A stretch of 64,000 nucleotides of DNA from Neoconidiobolus thromboides FSU 785 (Eukaryota; Fungi; Entomophthoromycota): assembly GCA_025603075.1 (NCBI GenBank), contig MU626348.1, forward strand, positions 19,457 to 83,456. Direction: 5' to 3'. The notes beneath the pieces are model-generated. The model worked only from the letters and a program-made list of their open reading frames with translations, was not told the DNA's origin and did no database searches. Position numbers and translations under genes: made by a program. Positions 48,463 to 61,275 of the stretch are shown here, in pieces (positions within the stretch are counted from its first letter, which is position 1; each line of letters begins with the position of its first letter).

Positions 48463-49466
48463 TTATTGGGATCTATTGGCAGCAGCAGTAGCGGCAGTAG
48501 ATGGGAAAACCGACGATAAAAATTGCTTTAATTTGTAATAATAAGTCTTAACAGTTTCTGGTACTTTTGGAGTTAAAACATAACTATCAACTAATTTTTC
48601 CAATTGTCCAAAAGCAACTCTAGTTTGTGGAGATTTACTTGCTTTTACTTTTAAGAAGAAAATATAAGCAATAATGGCATAAGAAGTTGTATTACGACTA
48701 AAGGAATTTGTTATAAATGAATAATACAAATGATAAAACTTACAGTAAAAAGTTGACAAAAATCAAAGCTGGAATAATTGAAACTTCAGCAAAACTGGCA
48801 ATTTCAATTGCTTTTAAATAATAACGACTTTTAAGGACATCGAGTGCTAAAGCTAATTGTGCTGGATAGCTTTTAGTTTCTTTGTGCTCTTCAATTTCTT
48901 TTTTAATTTCTGGGAATAAAAGTGGTAAGATATTAGAACGTATATAGCCAGCTAAATGGAATAAGGAAAATATAAAGAAGGGGACCAAAGTGACTAAAAA
49001 AATCAATATTAACTCTAAATAAAAATAAAAATCTTACATGAAAGAACGCGTGAAAAAAGCCAGAAAGTGGCAAGGAGAAGATATAGAGAATTATCATCAA
49101 TGAGTACTTTTTGAACGTATTGTACAGACAAACTGAATGGCTAAAAGGGATTAATTAAAGTTTATAAAAATATATTACTCAATTTTACTTGATTCGTGAG
49201 ATAGATAACTAAACCATAACTAAACATAGCACTCAAATAAACTAATCTATATGCTTTAGTGAAACTAAAAGCTGAAAATACATAAAAGAGAGTTCCAAGT
49301 ACAACTAATAAATGACCAGTAAACCAACGAAATTGTTGAGTCTAAGTAAAGAATATGTATAAATATATTATCTTAATTTAAATAGAGCTGTAAAAATAAT
49401 TACACCAAAGATAGCTTGTAAGCGATTAAAAGCTTCACCGACAGAGGCAACGTTATTTAAAGCCAT
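48463..49466 (-). CDS. POM33: TMEM33/Pom33/Per33-family ER-nuclear envelope membrane protein, multi-exon
   Basis: QQFRWFTGHLL, DDNSLYLLLATFW, VTLVPFFIFSLFHLAGYIR, TRVAFGQLEKLVD motifs. Confidence 0.85.
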
Positions 49467-50040
49467 AATGAGTAAAATAGAAGATTAAAAAGTTTAAGCT
49501 CCATAGTTTTTTATTTATGTGTGTCAATAATTTTTTTAATAACTATTACATCAAATAAGATTGATTTATACTTTAATTTTCTTATTTTGCTTATTTATTA
49601 TGTCAGATGTTGGAATTACCTTATTGGCTATAAATAGAACCTAATAAAATTACTCAATAATGATTCTTTCAAAAATATTTTTTTTGAATGTATTTAATTA
49701 CATGGTCATAAATAATTGGAAACATAACAGATTACAATAATAATAAACAAATAAGTGGAAATTTATAATTAAACCAACTTTTATAATATATACATAGATT
49801 CAAAAGTGGTTAGTAAATTTTCATAAAATTTTATTATGAACAATATAATGAAACACTTTGTTAACAATTATTTGAAGGCTTTTTTTAAGAACATCATAAA
49901 ACAGTAAAACAAAAAAAGAAGTTTTAAAAAGGAAAATCGAAGTCTAATTTATTCAGCCAATCATTGTATTAGAATAGAAGTTGAGCTATAAATGAAGCAT
50001 AAAAAAATAGGAGGTTTTTTTCTTATGCAAACAACAAACT

Positions 50041-50235
50041 TAATCTTTTGGATGACTAAAGAAGACAGGAGACAATACTAATGAGGACAACGTTCAACTT
50101 CTCGTGGGTTGATGGCTTCATGAAGGCGAATTAGCCTGAAAGTCACATGGCGCTGTGCCAATTAAGTTAGTCTCTTAAGATCTTTTATAAGGTTTAATCT
50201 AAGAGTTGAATAATTTTTGGAACCCAATGGGTTGA
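50041..50235 (+). ncRNA. Candidate structured non-coding RNA (class unresolved)
   Basis: GC-elevated island without a useful ORF; several hairpins; box C-like ATGAGGA and box D CTGA; Sm-site-like AATTTTTGG followed by an AACCC-AAT-GGGTT hairpin. Confidence 0.4.
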
Positions 50236-50294
50236 AATTTATAAATAACAATAACAATAATTTAAAAATCCTATAAAATTCTATAAAATTCTAT

Positions 50295-51163
50295 TTATTC
50301 AGCTAATATTGACATGATCTTATACGCTCTATCTTTTTGAAACTCACTATATCCAGTTTTTTTAATATTTTCTTCACTTTTGTTTTCACTTTCTTTTGTC
50401 TTTTCCTCCTCTTTTTGTTCTTCTTTTCCCTCTTCTTTTACTTCTTCCTTTACTTCCTCTTTTGCATCATCCGTATTATCACTTTCGAATATTTCCTTAG
50501 CTTCTTCTAATAAGGACTAAAAAAATGAGATTACAAAAAATAGTCAAAAAATAAAATTACTTGTCTAGCTTTTCCTTTGGAATCTTTTATATAAAGAAGG
50601 ATATTTTCGAACATATCCTCATCAAACTTTAAAAGCTTAAAAAATGATATAGATAATATGCTATTATTTTACCTTATTTTCAGTATATAAATTTTGGAAT
50701 ATATAGACTTGTACTATTTTTCTAAACTTCCATTGGTCTCTATATGATTTAAATTGCTCAAGGTAAGCTACTGCTTCTGCTAGCTCTATGTTTTCCTATA
50801 AGTACAGTTTTAAGCCTTGAATAAAATTAAATTACTGAATTTTTCCTGAGATTCATCTCGTTTAGATGGTGGAACTTTAATTTTCTTTTTAATGCTCTTA
50901 TTTTCCTCTGTAACTATAAAAATGATATTCAATAAACAGAAATCATGAAGAACAGACTTTGACTAACCTTCTTCTTCTTTTTCATCACCCTCATTCAAAG
51001 CGTTTTCTTTGTCATCTTGTTCAGCTTTATGTTTTTTAACTTGCTCATACAAATCTTTAACTCTATCCTCATCTCTTTTTTTACCTTTTCTTTCTTTTTT
51101 ATTTTGCTTACTTTTGTGATTCTTATCTTGCGTTATTGCTTTTTTCTCAATTGGATTATCCAT
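50295..51163 (-). CDS. WKF-domain (C7orf50/DUF2373-like) nucleolar-type protein, multi-exon
   Basis: Lys/Glu-rich N-terminus; AVAYLEQF..DQWKFRKVQVYIFQNLY; ..LLYIKDSKGKAR; ends DRAYKIMSILAE*. Confidence 0.75.
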
Positions 51164-51643
51164 TTTATATTAAATATTGTTGAAAAACTAGGATTTGATT
51201 TTTAAACTATTATATTTCAGTAAATTTATTAACTTTCGAAAAAGCCAATCAATGTCAAGGATTTTAGCTAACAAAAAGTATAAAAGACTTTATTTGTACT
51301 ATCTATTCTCTTATAATAGAATCAATAGAACATTTTGACATCTGAGCCTTTTTATTTATTTGTTAGATTACTATAGTTCATAGGTTTACATATGATTCTT
51401 TTTTTTAATTCAAGTAATTAATACATAATTTGCAGAGATCTATTCGTATATACCAATAACTATTTAATTTATCAAAAAGGTTAACAATATCCTAAACTAG
51501 CAAAAAAAGCTCAACACACCAAATGCTACAATATACATTAATGACTTTGTTAGCGGTGTTATAAACCTCTTTTGATCTAAAGTGTCATTATAGTTAATTT
51601 TATCCAAGGTATTATTTTATATTAGTAATAGAAATGAGTATAT

Positions 51644-51730
51644 AGAGTGTTTTTTTCTGGTTTCATTTTTTTCCATTTAAGTGCAATTTGAGTGGAGAAA
51701 TTGTTAGTAAAGTTTAAAAAACATATCCTT
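51644..51730 (-). mobile_element. MITE copy 23 (degenerate)
   Basis: Shortened body with ATAT flanks; boundaries approximate. Confidence 0.7.
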
Positions 51731-52200
51731 ATATACTAAATGGTTTCTATAACTATCATAGGAAGTTAGATTTTATTGTTTGTTATTTTATACTAAATCT
51801 AATATAACAAATGTCAATTTAAACTGCTTGTCTCAAATAACTATATTTAAAGCTGAGGAAGAATCAAATCCGCTTTGTATATTTGGAAAGCTCCATTATC
51901 GTAATTTAATCAAAGAACATCACTTCAGCTAAATATTTCAGCAATAAATAAAAGAATTAAAGTCAATGCATAAGAGAAATATTTTAACAATAATATCACC
52001 AACTTAGTATAATTACTAAATAAATGATTTTTTTTATATTTAATAAAGTGAAAACAACAATTTAGTCAATTTTAATGCTGCTTAAGAGCATTTAATACAT
52101 TAAATAATTCAATAAGAATTTATTGCTTAAGAATTCCGAATGGCTACAGTATAAAAAATCACAAAATTATTCTTTATTTTTTATTTTTTATTTTCTTTGA

Positions 52201-53628
52201 ATGTTGACATTGCTAACCTTAATCAATCTTTTCTATTATAAAGTCATTGCATTGTTACCAAGGGCTAGTGAGGGTGGATGTATAGTGATTGAAGATAAAT
52301 TGTATTATTTGGGTGGGAGGACCTATTCACCAAACATTGGTTATATAAGACAAAATTATGAAGTATTTACATTAAACTTGCAGGAAGGGTTTAAGCTAGC
52401 TGGAAACATTGCGCCATGGGAAAGGAAAAACATAACTAATCCACCAAGAACGATGCTCACTAAATATATGTTTTATATCGGAACTGAAAACCGGCGTAAA
52501 ACAATAGTAGGTTTTAAGAATGATTATATGAGGTTAGGTTTAGTTATTAATTATTTTGATATGGAATTAAATAAATGGTATAAAGAAGATTTTGTTGATA
52601 AGATGTATGCTGAGTTTAATATAGCAAATGTAGAGATAATAAACTCTCAACAGATATACTTTCTATTACAAGATGAGAAAGATTTAAATCAATTCTATAT
52701 ATCTGGGAGTTTTCATTATCGGAATTCAACTGAACGTACATCACTTCAATTGAATTCATTTAATATCAAAACAAAGCAAATGAAATTGATACATAAAACA
52801 AATAAGAAGGTTATTTTTGAGCAATTGTTTATTTTAAACAACAAATTGTACTATGTTGAATATACAACAGAATATAAACGAGAGTTGATATATCGTAATA
52901 AAACTTTGTATGAGCTAGATTTGAAAACATATAATTTAAAAACATATAGTTTGAATATAAATTTGTTGTACTATCAATCTACATTTGTAAAAGTTCAGCA
53001 ATCAATATATCTTATTGGATTGAGAGATGGGAATAAAAGAATAATGGAAATTTATGAGTTCAAATTTAACCCGTTTTTGTTTAAGAGGATTGATAAAAAA
53101 ATTGCCTCGTTTAATCATTGGGGATGCTTTGCTAGCTATGATAGCTTTATTATAAATTCATTCGGCGATCAATATGGTGGTACTAATACCGTTCTAGAAA
53201 GCACAGATAAAATGTTAATATTAGATACAAAAAGTTGGGAGGTTGTTGGAGGCTTACCATCCTTAATTGAGAATAAAGAAAATATTAGGAAAGATGACAG
53301 CGAGAACGATAACACAAATAAGGGGGTTGGTAAAAGCGACAAGAGGGAAAATAATAGTTCGTTAATAGGAGGGGTTGTAGGAGGGATAGGCGGATTTCTT
53401 ATAATAGCAGCAGCTATAATATTTATATTTTACAAACGTAAATTGAAAAAAGATAAGCCACCAAGTATCATTATGGAGCCGATACTTACCAAACCAATTG
53501 ATCTATTAGATGCCAACAACATTTATTACAACTCAGGAATATTTAACTATTCCCAAGAAATTGATTTTAATAGTAATATATTACCTGCAAAAACACACCT
53601 CAAACTCAATGGAAATAACTATAGTTGA
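52201..53628 (+). CDS. Kelch/beta-propeller-like single-pass type I membrane protein (paralog)
   Basis: 475 aa, colinear with 35997-37451 (shared QDEKDLNQFYISGSF, SLQLNSFNIKTK, FNHWGCF, ESTDKMLILDTK). Confidence 0.85.
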   Translation: MLTLLTLINLFYYKVIALLPRASEGGCIVIEDKLYYLGGRTYSPNIGYIRQNYEVFTLNLQEGFKLAGNIAPWERKNITNPPRTMLTKYMFYIGTENRRKTIVGFKNDYMRLGLVINYFDMELNKWYKEDFVDKMYAEFNIANVEIINSQQIYFLLQDEKDLNQFYISGSFHYRNSTERTSLQLNSFNIKTKQMKLIHKTNKKVIFEQLFILNNKLYYVEYTTEYKRELIYRNKTLYELDLKTYNLKTYSLNINLLYYQSTFVKVQQSIYLIGLRDGNKRIMEIYEFKFNPFLFKRIDKKIASFNHWGCFASYDSFIINSFGDQYGGTNTVLESTDKMLILDTKSWEVVGGLPSLIENKENIRKDDSENDNTNKGVGKSDKRENNSSLIGGVVGGIGGFLIIAAAIIFIFYKRKLKKDKPPSIIMEPILTKPIDLLDANNIYYNSGIFNYSQEIDFNSNILPAKTHLKLNGNNYS

Positions 53629-53799
53629 AATTTAATTACTATGAGTAAAGCTAACGAATTTAAATATCTGAGCTATTTAATAAAATTTACTGACTTAATG
53701 AAAGAAAGTTACTTTGAAAACTTAAAGCTCCATGGGTCAAGAACATTCCTCTACTAGTCTTTTTATTCTCTTTTTAAATTGCTTTTTCTAACACTTTAT

Positions 53800-53889
53800 G
53801 GGGATGTTTTTTTTCATTATTTTTTCTATTTTTTAAGCGCTATTTGAGTAGAAAGATTACTAGTAAAATTCTCAAACAAATATATCCTC
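53800..53889 (-). mobile_element. MITE copy 24
   Basis: Non-palindromic TSD TTAT/TTAT. Confidence 0.85.
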
Positions 53890-54297
53890 TTATATTAATC
53901 TACTACTTGTGACTTTACCCCATCAAAAGTGTAAGGAAAGAGCTATGACGTCTTTCACATACATTATGTTAAATGAACTACTTTCATTATTTTCAGCTTT
54001 TTTATAGGTACAAATTAAAAATGGGAGCTTTCAATATTATTAAGCAATAATCCTTACAGGTTTATTAGGATATTAAATATTGATAGCAGTTGTATTATGT
54101 TAATTTATTCCACCAATCATACGACATAAATTTTAGGTTTTTGCATTACTAACAACATTATATTTAAGAAAAGTTGATATAAACAATATTAAATAAACTG
54201 AAAACAACTTAATATTATATAAGTATATTGTATAGAGTGAGTTTACAGAATTTATAAATATATATAAATTATACTGTAAAATATCACTAATTCTGAT

Positions 54298-54379
54298 CTC
54301 ACCTTAGCTCAGTTGGAAGAGCGATGGACTGTAAATAATAGCAATCCATCGGTCCCTGGTTCGATCCCGGGAGGTGAGA
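54298..54379 (+). tRNA. tRNA-Tyr(GTA) with 9-nt intron
   Basis: Acceptor CTCACCT/AGGTGAG plus A73, D-arm AGCTCAGTTGGAAGAGC, anticodon stem ATGGA/TCCAT with GTA at 54331-54333, GTTCGATC T-loop, downstream poly-T. Confidence 0.95.
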
Positions 54380-55048
54380 TTTTTTATTTAAAATTGAATT
54401 ATACAATAGACTGGTAGTAATAGTTTATAATAATGTTTAAACTAAACTAAAGTTAATTAAAAGTAAAATATCTTTTATTAATACTGACACAATCAAGTAA
54501 GCACTTCAAAAATGTGGTTACTTTAAACTATTTATATAAATAATAAAACCTAGTTTTATGTATATGATATAATTTTAATTTGTCATTATCATCTTTTTAG
54601 TCTTTACAGTTCAATTATTTTAAAAAAACAAATATAGTATTAATTCTTAAAATTTCCAATATAGTTAATAAACAAATATTATGCTATTTTTGCTTCAAAA
54701 ATTCCTAATAGATTTTAAACTTTTTAAATTAATAAAGGACTTTAAAAGATAAAAGATATTAAAGCTTAATAGGGCTTGATAACATAATACAATCTAAACT
54801 ACAAAAAAATAAACTTAGATCACTATTAGAACACTAAAAGAAAAGTTTTTAGCCAATTAGAATTCGTATTTATTTTGATACCATCATTTTTATCTAAAAA
54901 TGACTTCAAACTGAAACTTTTCTAAACAACAAACTTTACAATTAGTGACGCAAACAATCAAATTGTCAATAATTTTAATCATGAACTGATTATTTTAAAA
55001 AATAAAAAGCTCCCAATTCGCAATTTTTTCAATCCAAATTTGAAAATC

Positions 55049-56506
55049 ATGATCTCATTGCATCCCAAGGAAAGGTATAAATACTAAATTTCTTCTCAAA
55101 AACATTTTTAAAGTTTAAAATTCTTATTATTTAGGATGGTACAAAAAGTGCGCGAACAAAAGATTCAACAAAGAGCTAGTGAATTCAAATCCGATGCTAG
55201 TGAAGCCGCTACCCATGCTGCTAGCGCTGCCAAAGAAGGTGCTGCTTACGTCACTGAAGCTGTAAAAGGTAATATTGTTGACCCTGCCAAAAAGGTTGGG
55301 CAAAAAGCTGGCTCCATCGTTACTGATAATATCGCTACCGCTACTGAATATTTGTCTGAAAATGTAGTTGATGCTACTGAATATATTAAGGATAGAGCTG
55401 AAGATGGTAAGGAATATGTTAAAGAAAGGGCAGAGGATGCTAAAGCTTATGTCAAAGGAAAGGCTGAAGGTGCTAAAGAGTATGTAGATGAAACCGTTGA
55501 AGATGCTAAGGGTTATGCCCATAAGAGAGCAAAAGAAGTTAAAAAGGAAGGTAAACATGTCAAAGGTTTACTTCGAAATCTTGGTGATCAGTATTATAAC
55601 ATTTTTGTTTCACCGGTCTCTTATCGACTTTCGGATTCTTATCGAAGTGCAGCTCGTACTTGGAATAAGTTCCATAGTTCCCTTTATCGCCCAGCCAAAT
55701 CCTATAATGAAAAGAGCACCGAAGAATATCTGGAAAAACTTAAGGGTTTTTTTGATAAGGATGCTATTGAAAATGAACCCAAGCTCAAAGAGGCCTTTGA
55801 TTATATTTTAAATTCTGCTCATTCTGCTAAAAACAGTGCAGGTGAAGCTTTATCCGAAGCTAAAGATAAGATTACTGATACCCTAAAGGATGGTTATGAA
55901 AATGTAGCTCAAACTGGAGAACAAACTAAAGATTACTGGAATTCCATTTCAAATAGTATTACTGAATCATTAAGTCTTAAGACTAGTCCAAGAGGATATT
56001 GGAGAAATATTTATCAAAGTATTGAGGATCAAAATAATCCAATTGCTGCCCCAATCTCTACTCTTGGTTATGCTCCAGCACCAATCACTTCCTTTTACCT
56101 TGGACTTATGACTATTCTTTACACAATGACTTTGTTAAAGAAATGGACTTGGGCCTATGGTTCATTACTTATTAAAGAAACCGTTAAAGATGGGAATGGT
56201 ACAGTATACGCTGAAAAGAAAACAGAAATTAAAGATGTTCATCCATCATCAACTAGTGAATTACAAAGATTTGAACAACCCTATTGGATTGTAGCTGTGT
56301 TTGGGAATTTACTACTACTTGAGTTAAATGATTATTCTAATTTAATAGTTCAATTATTTTTTATTCTAACTGTTGGATTTTCAGTATTATCTTCCTTTGT
56401 TCATCCATCTTATTCTCAATGGGTTACTTATACTCCTTATTATGGATTATTAATAGCTTCCGCTTTGAATATTTTTACTGGGTTATTCCAGGTTCCCCTT
56501 CTTTAA
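55049..56506 (+). CDS. LEA group 3-like 11-mer repeat protein with C-terminal multi-pass membrane region
   Basis: 11-aa periodicity (AEDGKEYVKER/AEDAKAYVKGK/AEGAKEYVDET) and several hydrophobic segments at the C-terminus. Main ORF is 55136-56506; a short upstream exon (MISLHPKE, intron 55075-55134) is inferred from GT-AG sites. Confidence 0.7.
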
Positions 56507-56822
56507 ATTGTAGTGGAATTATATTGGTATAATTTTAAATATTATATATATTTAGAATTTAGCTTTTTTATTATAATAAAATTTATTAGCTTATATAAAT
56601 TATTTTAATTTGAATCGTTTATTTGAGTTTTAAATTTGAGAGGTAATGGTAAATATATAAAGTTAAATAAAACATAAATATCATAAATGATTTTTAACCT
56701 TATTTAACAATTTAACATAATAAACAATAAACAGTAGATATCATAGACAGTATAAAAAGAAAAATAAACTTTGTTCAACAAATAAGGTAACAACATAAAT
56801 AGCCTGTAATTCATTCTCATCC

Positions 56823-59676
56823 TTAAACTTCTCTCTCGATCTGTTCCACTAACCTAATAGAGGTTTTAACTACTTCCAACAATTTGACATTCTCCTGTGT
56901 ATCTCCTAAAATATGGAGTGGTTGCCATTGTACTCTTTCCCCCAATAACAATCCTTTATTACCCTGAAAATACTTGGACCAATCTCGATGATAAGTTTCT
57001 AATTGATAATAAGGAGGCAAATGGTTATGATCTAAATATCCATTGACCTTATTATCATCATCTTCTTTGATTAAATTATAAACCTCAATTCGATTTAAAT
57101 CACATCCAATATTTTCAGTTAATTTAAACCCTTCTTTAGTTTTTAACTTAATACTATTGATTTTTAAGATACCAGGTATGTTTTTATATGCTATACTTTG
57201 ATCTTTAGGACTATTATTTAAAAAAGTAATATTAAAGTTAATATACCATATTGTGTAGATTATTATAGAACTTACTTACAAGTAAATGAATTTAAAAATG
57301 TTTTGATCCATTTGAGCTTCACTGGTAATAATACTCTAGTAGATAAACTAATTTGAAAATCCAATTTACTAAATTAAAGTTAGTGATATTAAAAATAGGA
57401 GTTAATAAATGTATTTCAAGTTACCGATCTAATGAAGACCAATTAATTTTAGTATGGTAATGTTTAGATGAAATAACTTTAATTAATTGCATTGTAAAAT
57501 AGCTAATATAAATTTTAATAGGCTTCATTTCATTATTATTCATTTGTTTTATCATTCCTTTAAGTTCAAATACTTTATGTGATGTTATTACATTTGATAA
57601 AAAGTTTTTTACTTTTAATATAACAGATTCATCTTCACTTAAACTATAAAACAGAAATAATAAATAAAATAATAAATAATAATAACAATCTTACCAATTA
57701 AAAAAGTAAGTTTGACTTTTATATTGATTCATAACAATATCGTTAATACTTGTATAATCCCATATTTTTTTATTTACATTTAAATTGGGTATTATATAAA
57801 ATATTTTACCAAATCTATAATAGTAAAGTAATATAAATATGAATGTTATAAATATCCTATAAATAAGCTTACTTTATCTTTAAATCAACTTCACCATAGT
57901 GAGAAGATGCTTCACCTAAGCCATGTACTAATTCTTTGTGTAAAAAATCCCAATTATATTTTCTACGGCTACAAAATAAAAATAAAAATAAGAATAAAAA
58001 TAATATATAAATTAATAATGACAATGACAATAATATATAGTAAACTTACTTTAAGCCAGGTAATTTCTTTGGTTTATTTTCTAAATTAAAATCTACTCCT
58101 TGATATTTATTACTTTTATAATACACTCTTTGATTTGAATCCATAAATTTTATATCAGAGTTGCTAAAAAAATCTTGTTGATTTTGTTCATTTCGATTTA
58201 ATGTATTTGATCTCATTGGAACTATATTTTAACAATAGATTATTATCATATACTGCTATATTAATATAGTAAATAATATTACCGTTTTTATCTCCTGTAC
58301 TTTCATTATCATCTGAACTTGATACTTCTAATACAGAATCCCAACGTATTTTTACTATTTTTTGATTTCTTGGTCTCGTTCTTTTATTAATATTATTAGT
58401 AAAATTATACTTCATAATATCTTCTTCTCTATCTGATGTATTTTCATGAAAACCAAAATGAGGTGGCTTGAATCTTGATTTTTTGATAATACCAAATTTA
58501 TTTTCCAGCTTAGGCAAATAATTCAGTATATCTGGATGTGTCATACCATTTGATAATGTAAAATTAATATCATCTTTTTTTATGGCTGTTATTGGCAAAT
58601 ATAACTGATATCTTTTTTGTCGACTTAATTTTAGATTTAAATGGTAGTCCTTTAAATTATAAATGTAAAATTGTCTAGGTATTAATTGTGGAAAAGGTAC
58701 AAAACAAATCTGTTGTTCAATATCAGCTAAAGGATAATGAAATAAAGATATTGGAATTCTTATATTTTTTATTGATAACTAGAAATGAAAGTAAAAATAA
58801 AAAATATTGTTTATTCTTATTATTATAATTACCTTGGTATCAACAAAGCAACTTAATCTTTGATAGCCCAATTCTACTTTATCTGGGTCTTCGGAAGCGA
58901 TAGTGATACGGTTATTATTCTCAATTTTAAATTCAGCTTGAGTTTGTTCCGTCAACATATGTAACCAATTTTCACCAAAAGGGGAAATAAAAAAAGCTCT
59001 TAAATTTAAAGTTTCAACTGGAAACTCATAGACTTTACAGTTATCGACAATATCATCTTCACTATCATCTTCATACATACTATCACTACTTGGATAAGAA
59101 CTGTGATGAGTTCTTACCTCTTTTCCGTTTCTTGGGGTGTTAAAACTTTCCCTTTCTTCTTCCATAGATCCACCATAGCTACAATCACTTGACTGTTGTT
59201 GATTACCTTCTGTTTCACTATCACTATCCATTACTGGTAAATAATCTGGTACTTTTTTATACATTGATACCATATCACTTATCTTTTTAGTAATTAACCA
59301 TTCTCTATTAAAATGTTAATTAATTTATAAATAAATTACTTTTATTTTAAAATATCCAACTTTACGCTTTATTCACTGATTTTTGGTTATTACCACATAT
59401 TTTGATAGACTATAGAGGGTATAAATTGTAAGTTGTCATTATTTTAGTTTTTAAAATAGATTATTACCTTCTTTTTAGATAGAAACTGAATATCGCAATG
59501 AGCGTATTTGGCTACTTTTCTACACAATTTATCATTAATAATTTATAAATTTAAATTATTTAAATTTACTCAATAGCTTCTTTTAATTCCTCAAGTTCAT
59601 TCTTAGCCCATTGAAATGGTACAGTGATATTTAATACCAGTTGACGAGGAGATTGACCAGGCCCATGGGTTGTCAT
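56823..59676 (-). CDS. Uncharacterised multi-exon protein with acidic low-complexity region and degenerate KH-like segment
   Basis: Coding-like exons MTTHGPGQSPRQ..., 58779-59273 (WLHMLTEQTQAEFKIENNNRITIASEDPDKV), 58188-58598 and 56823-57220 separated by GT-AG gaps. Exon structure was not fully resolved. Confidence 0.5.
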
Positions 59677-59972
59677 TTTTCTTGTTAAATGAAAGAATTG
59701 AACTGAAAATAAGAATGATTTTATACTTTATTTTTTTAATTTTTTTGCATTAAAAGTTTCATCATAAATTATTCAATTTAGTTAACATTATATAAATTGT
59801 ATTAAAGTTTATTTTATTAGTAGTTTAATTTATTTTTAACTATTCTGCTATTTTATTTAATATATCAGATGTTTGATATGTTCCATCACATTTTGAACCC
59901 AGTTTGACTATTATTTTATAATCTATTTTAGTATTTAATTGATGCTCTATTTAACATTTAAAACTATGATAT

Positions 59973-60063
59973 GGTGATGTGTTTTTTTTGAATTTTACTA
60001 ATAACTTTTCCACTCAAACAGTGCTCAAAAATAGAAAAAGTAATGAAATAAAAAAAAACCTCC
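59973..60063 (+). mobile_element. MITE copy 25
   Basis: TSD ATAT/ATAT; internal deletion. Confidence 0.85.
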
Positions 60064-60169
60064 ATATGATAAACACTAAAAACAAAAATTATTCATGGCG
60101 AAACAAGCAATCTACTAATAAATAAATAAAATATAAACAATGTAAATCTAACAACTATAATTTTTAATT

Positions 60170-60790
60170 AATATATTTGAAAAATTAACCCAATGTCATT
60201 TTTAAACTACTCTTCAAAGGTTGCTGTTGACTAGCAACATGAGTAAAAACAGGTTCGTTACTATCTACTATAGTGTCTTGTTGATTAACTACCTCTTTCC
60301 TACTTTTTATTAGTTTTACTTGATTAGTAACATCAAAAATATTGGAATTACTGCAATTTACTACAGTACTCTCCTTAGGCTGATCCTTGAGTATTACTTT
60401 ATATACAACACCCTGCTGGCAAACATATCTTGATTAGCACCTAATTGGATGGGTTATAAGTTAACTGTTAAACCTGGTACGTTAATAGCTAACCAAGGTT
60501 TATTCCCTCGCTTAGAAGGCTTCTTATTACCACTAAGCATACTTTCAAACCAACTATTGAATTCTCCTTCCTTTGAATTATTAGAATTAAAAGTTTACTA
60601 TTTCTACCACAAATATCTTAATGGGTAGCATTTGTCTTTTCGTTAATTGCAATATTATCATCTTCAGCTACTGGGGCTGGTTTTGAATCTAAGGCATAAA
60701 TGAGTTGGTTTTTTGAGGATAAGTGAACGTTGGTTTTATCTAGAAGTTTACTAATAGCAGATGAACATACTTTTTTTTATCCCTTGTTTT
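60170..60790 (-). pseudogene. Degraded coding relic of unknown family
   Basis: GC-elevated stretch with coding-like pieces (KVCSSAISKLLDKTNVHL..., EFNSWFESMLSGNKKPSKRGNKPWLAINVPG, QQGVVYKVILKD) broken by stops and frameshifts. Confidence 0.35.
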
Positions 60791-61275
60791 AAATTAGTTT
60801 GATAATATGCTTCTATAGTTAAGAGGACAATGAATGTGAGAAAAAGTGAATTGAGTTTCCTTATTTTTATTTGTTACTATTAACGACTATGTTTGAGAGG
60901 GAATATTTATAGTATTTCAAGACAGTTGTCATTACAATTTGTTTGAATAATTTTAGTTTTTAGTATTAAGTTAATTTATTAGCTTGGAAGGTTGGAGTTT
61001 AAATCTGTACTCAAATTAGAACCTTTGATTTGTTAAATGTGTATTAGTTTTATCAGAAATTAATATTTTTAGTTTATTTATTTTTGATTAATACTAAATT
61101 TTAAAATTAATATAACAATTAAAATCTATGATAATTTAACTTTAGTCATATTTTATTGTATTTATTTGATAAAAATAGTTACATTAAATCAAAAATAACA
61201 TCTCATTAAAAAATATTTATAAAAATACAAATGTTTTAATCCTCATATTATTCCATCCTTTCATGATTTTTCCCC

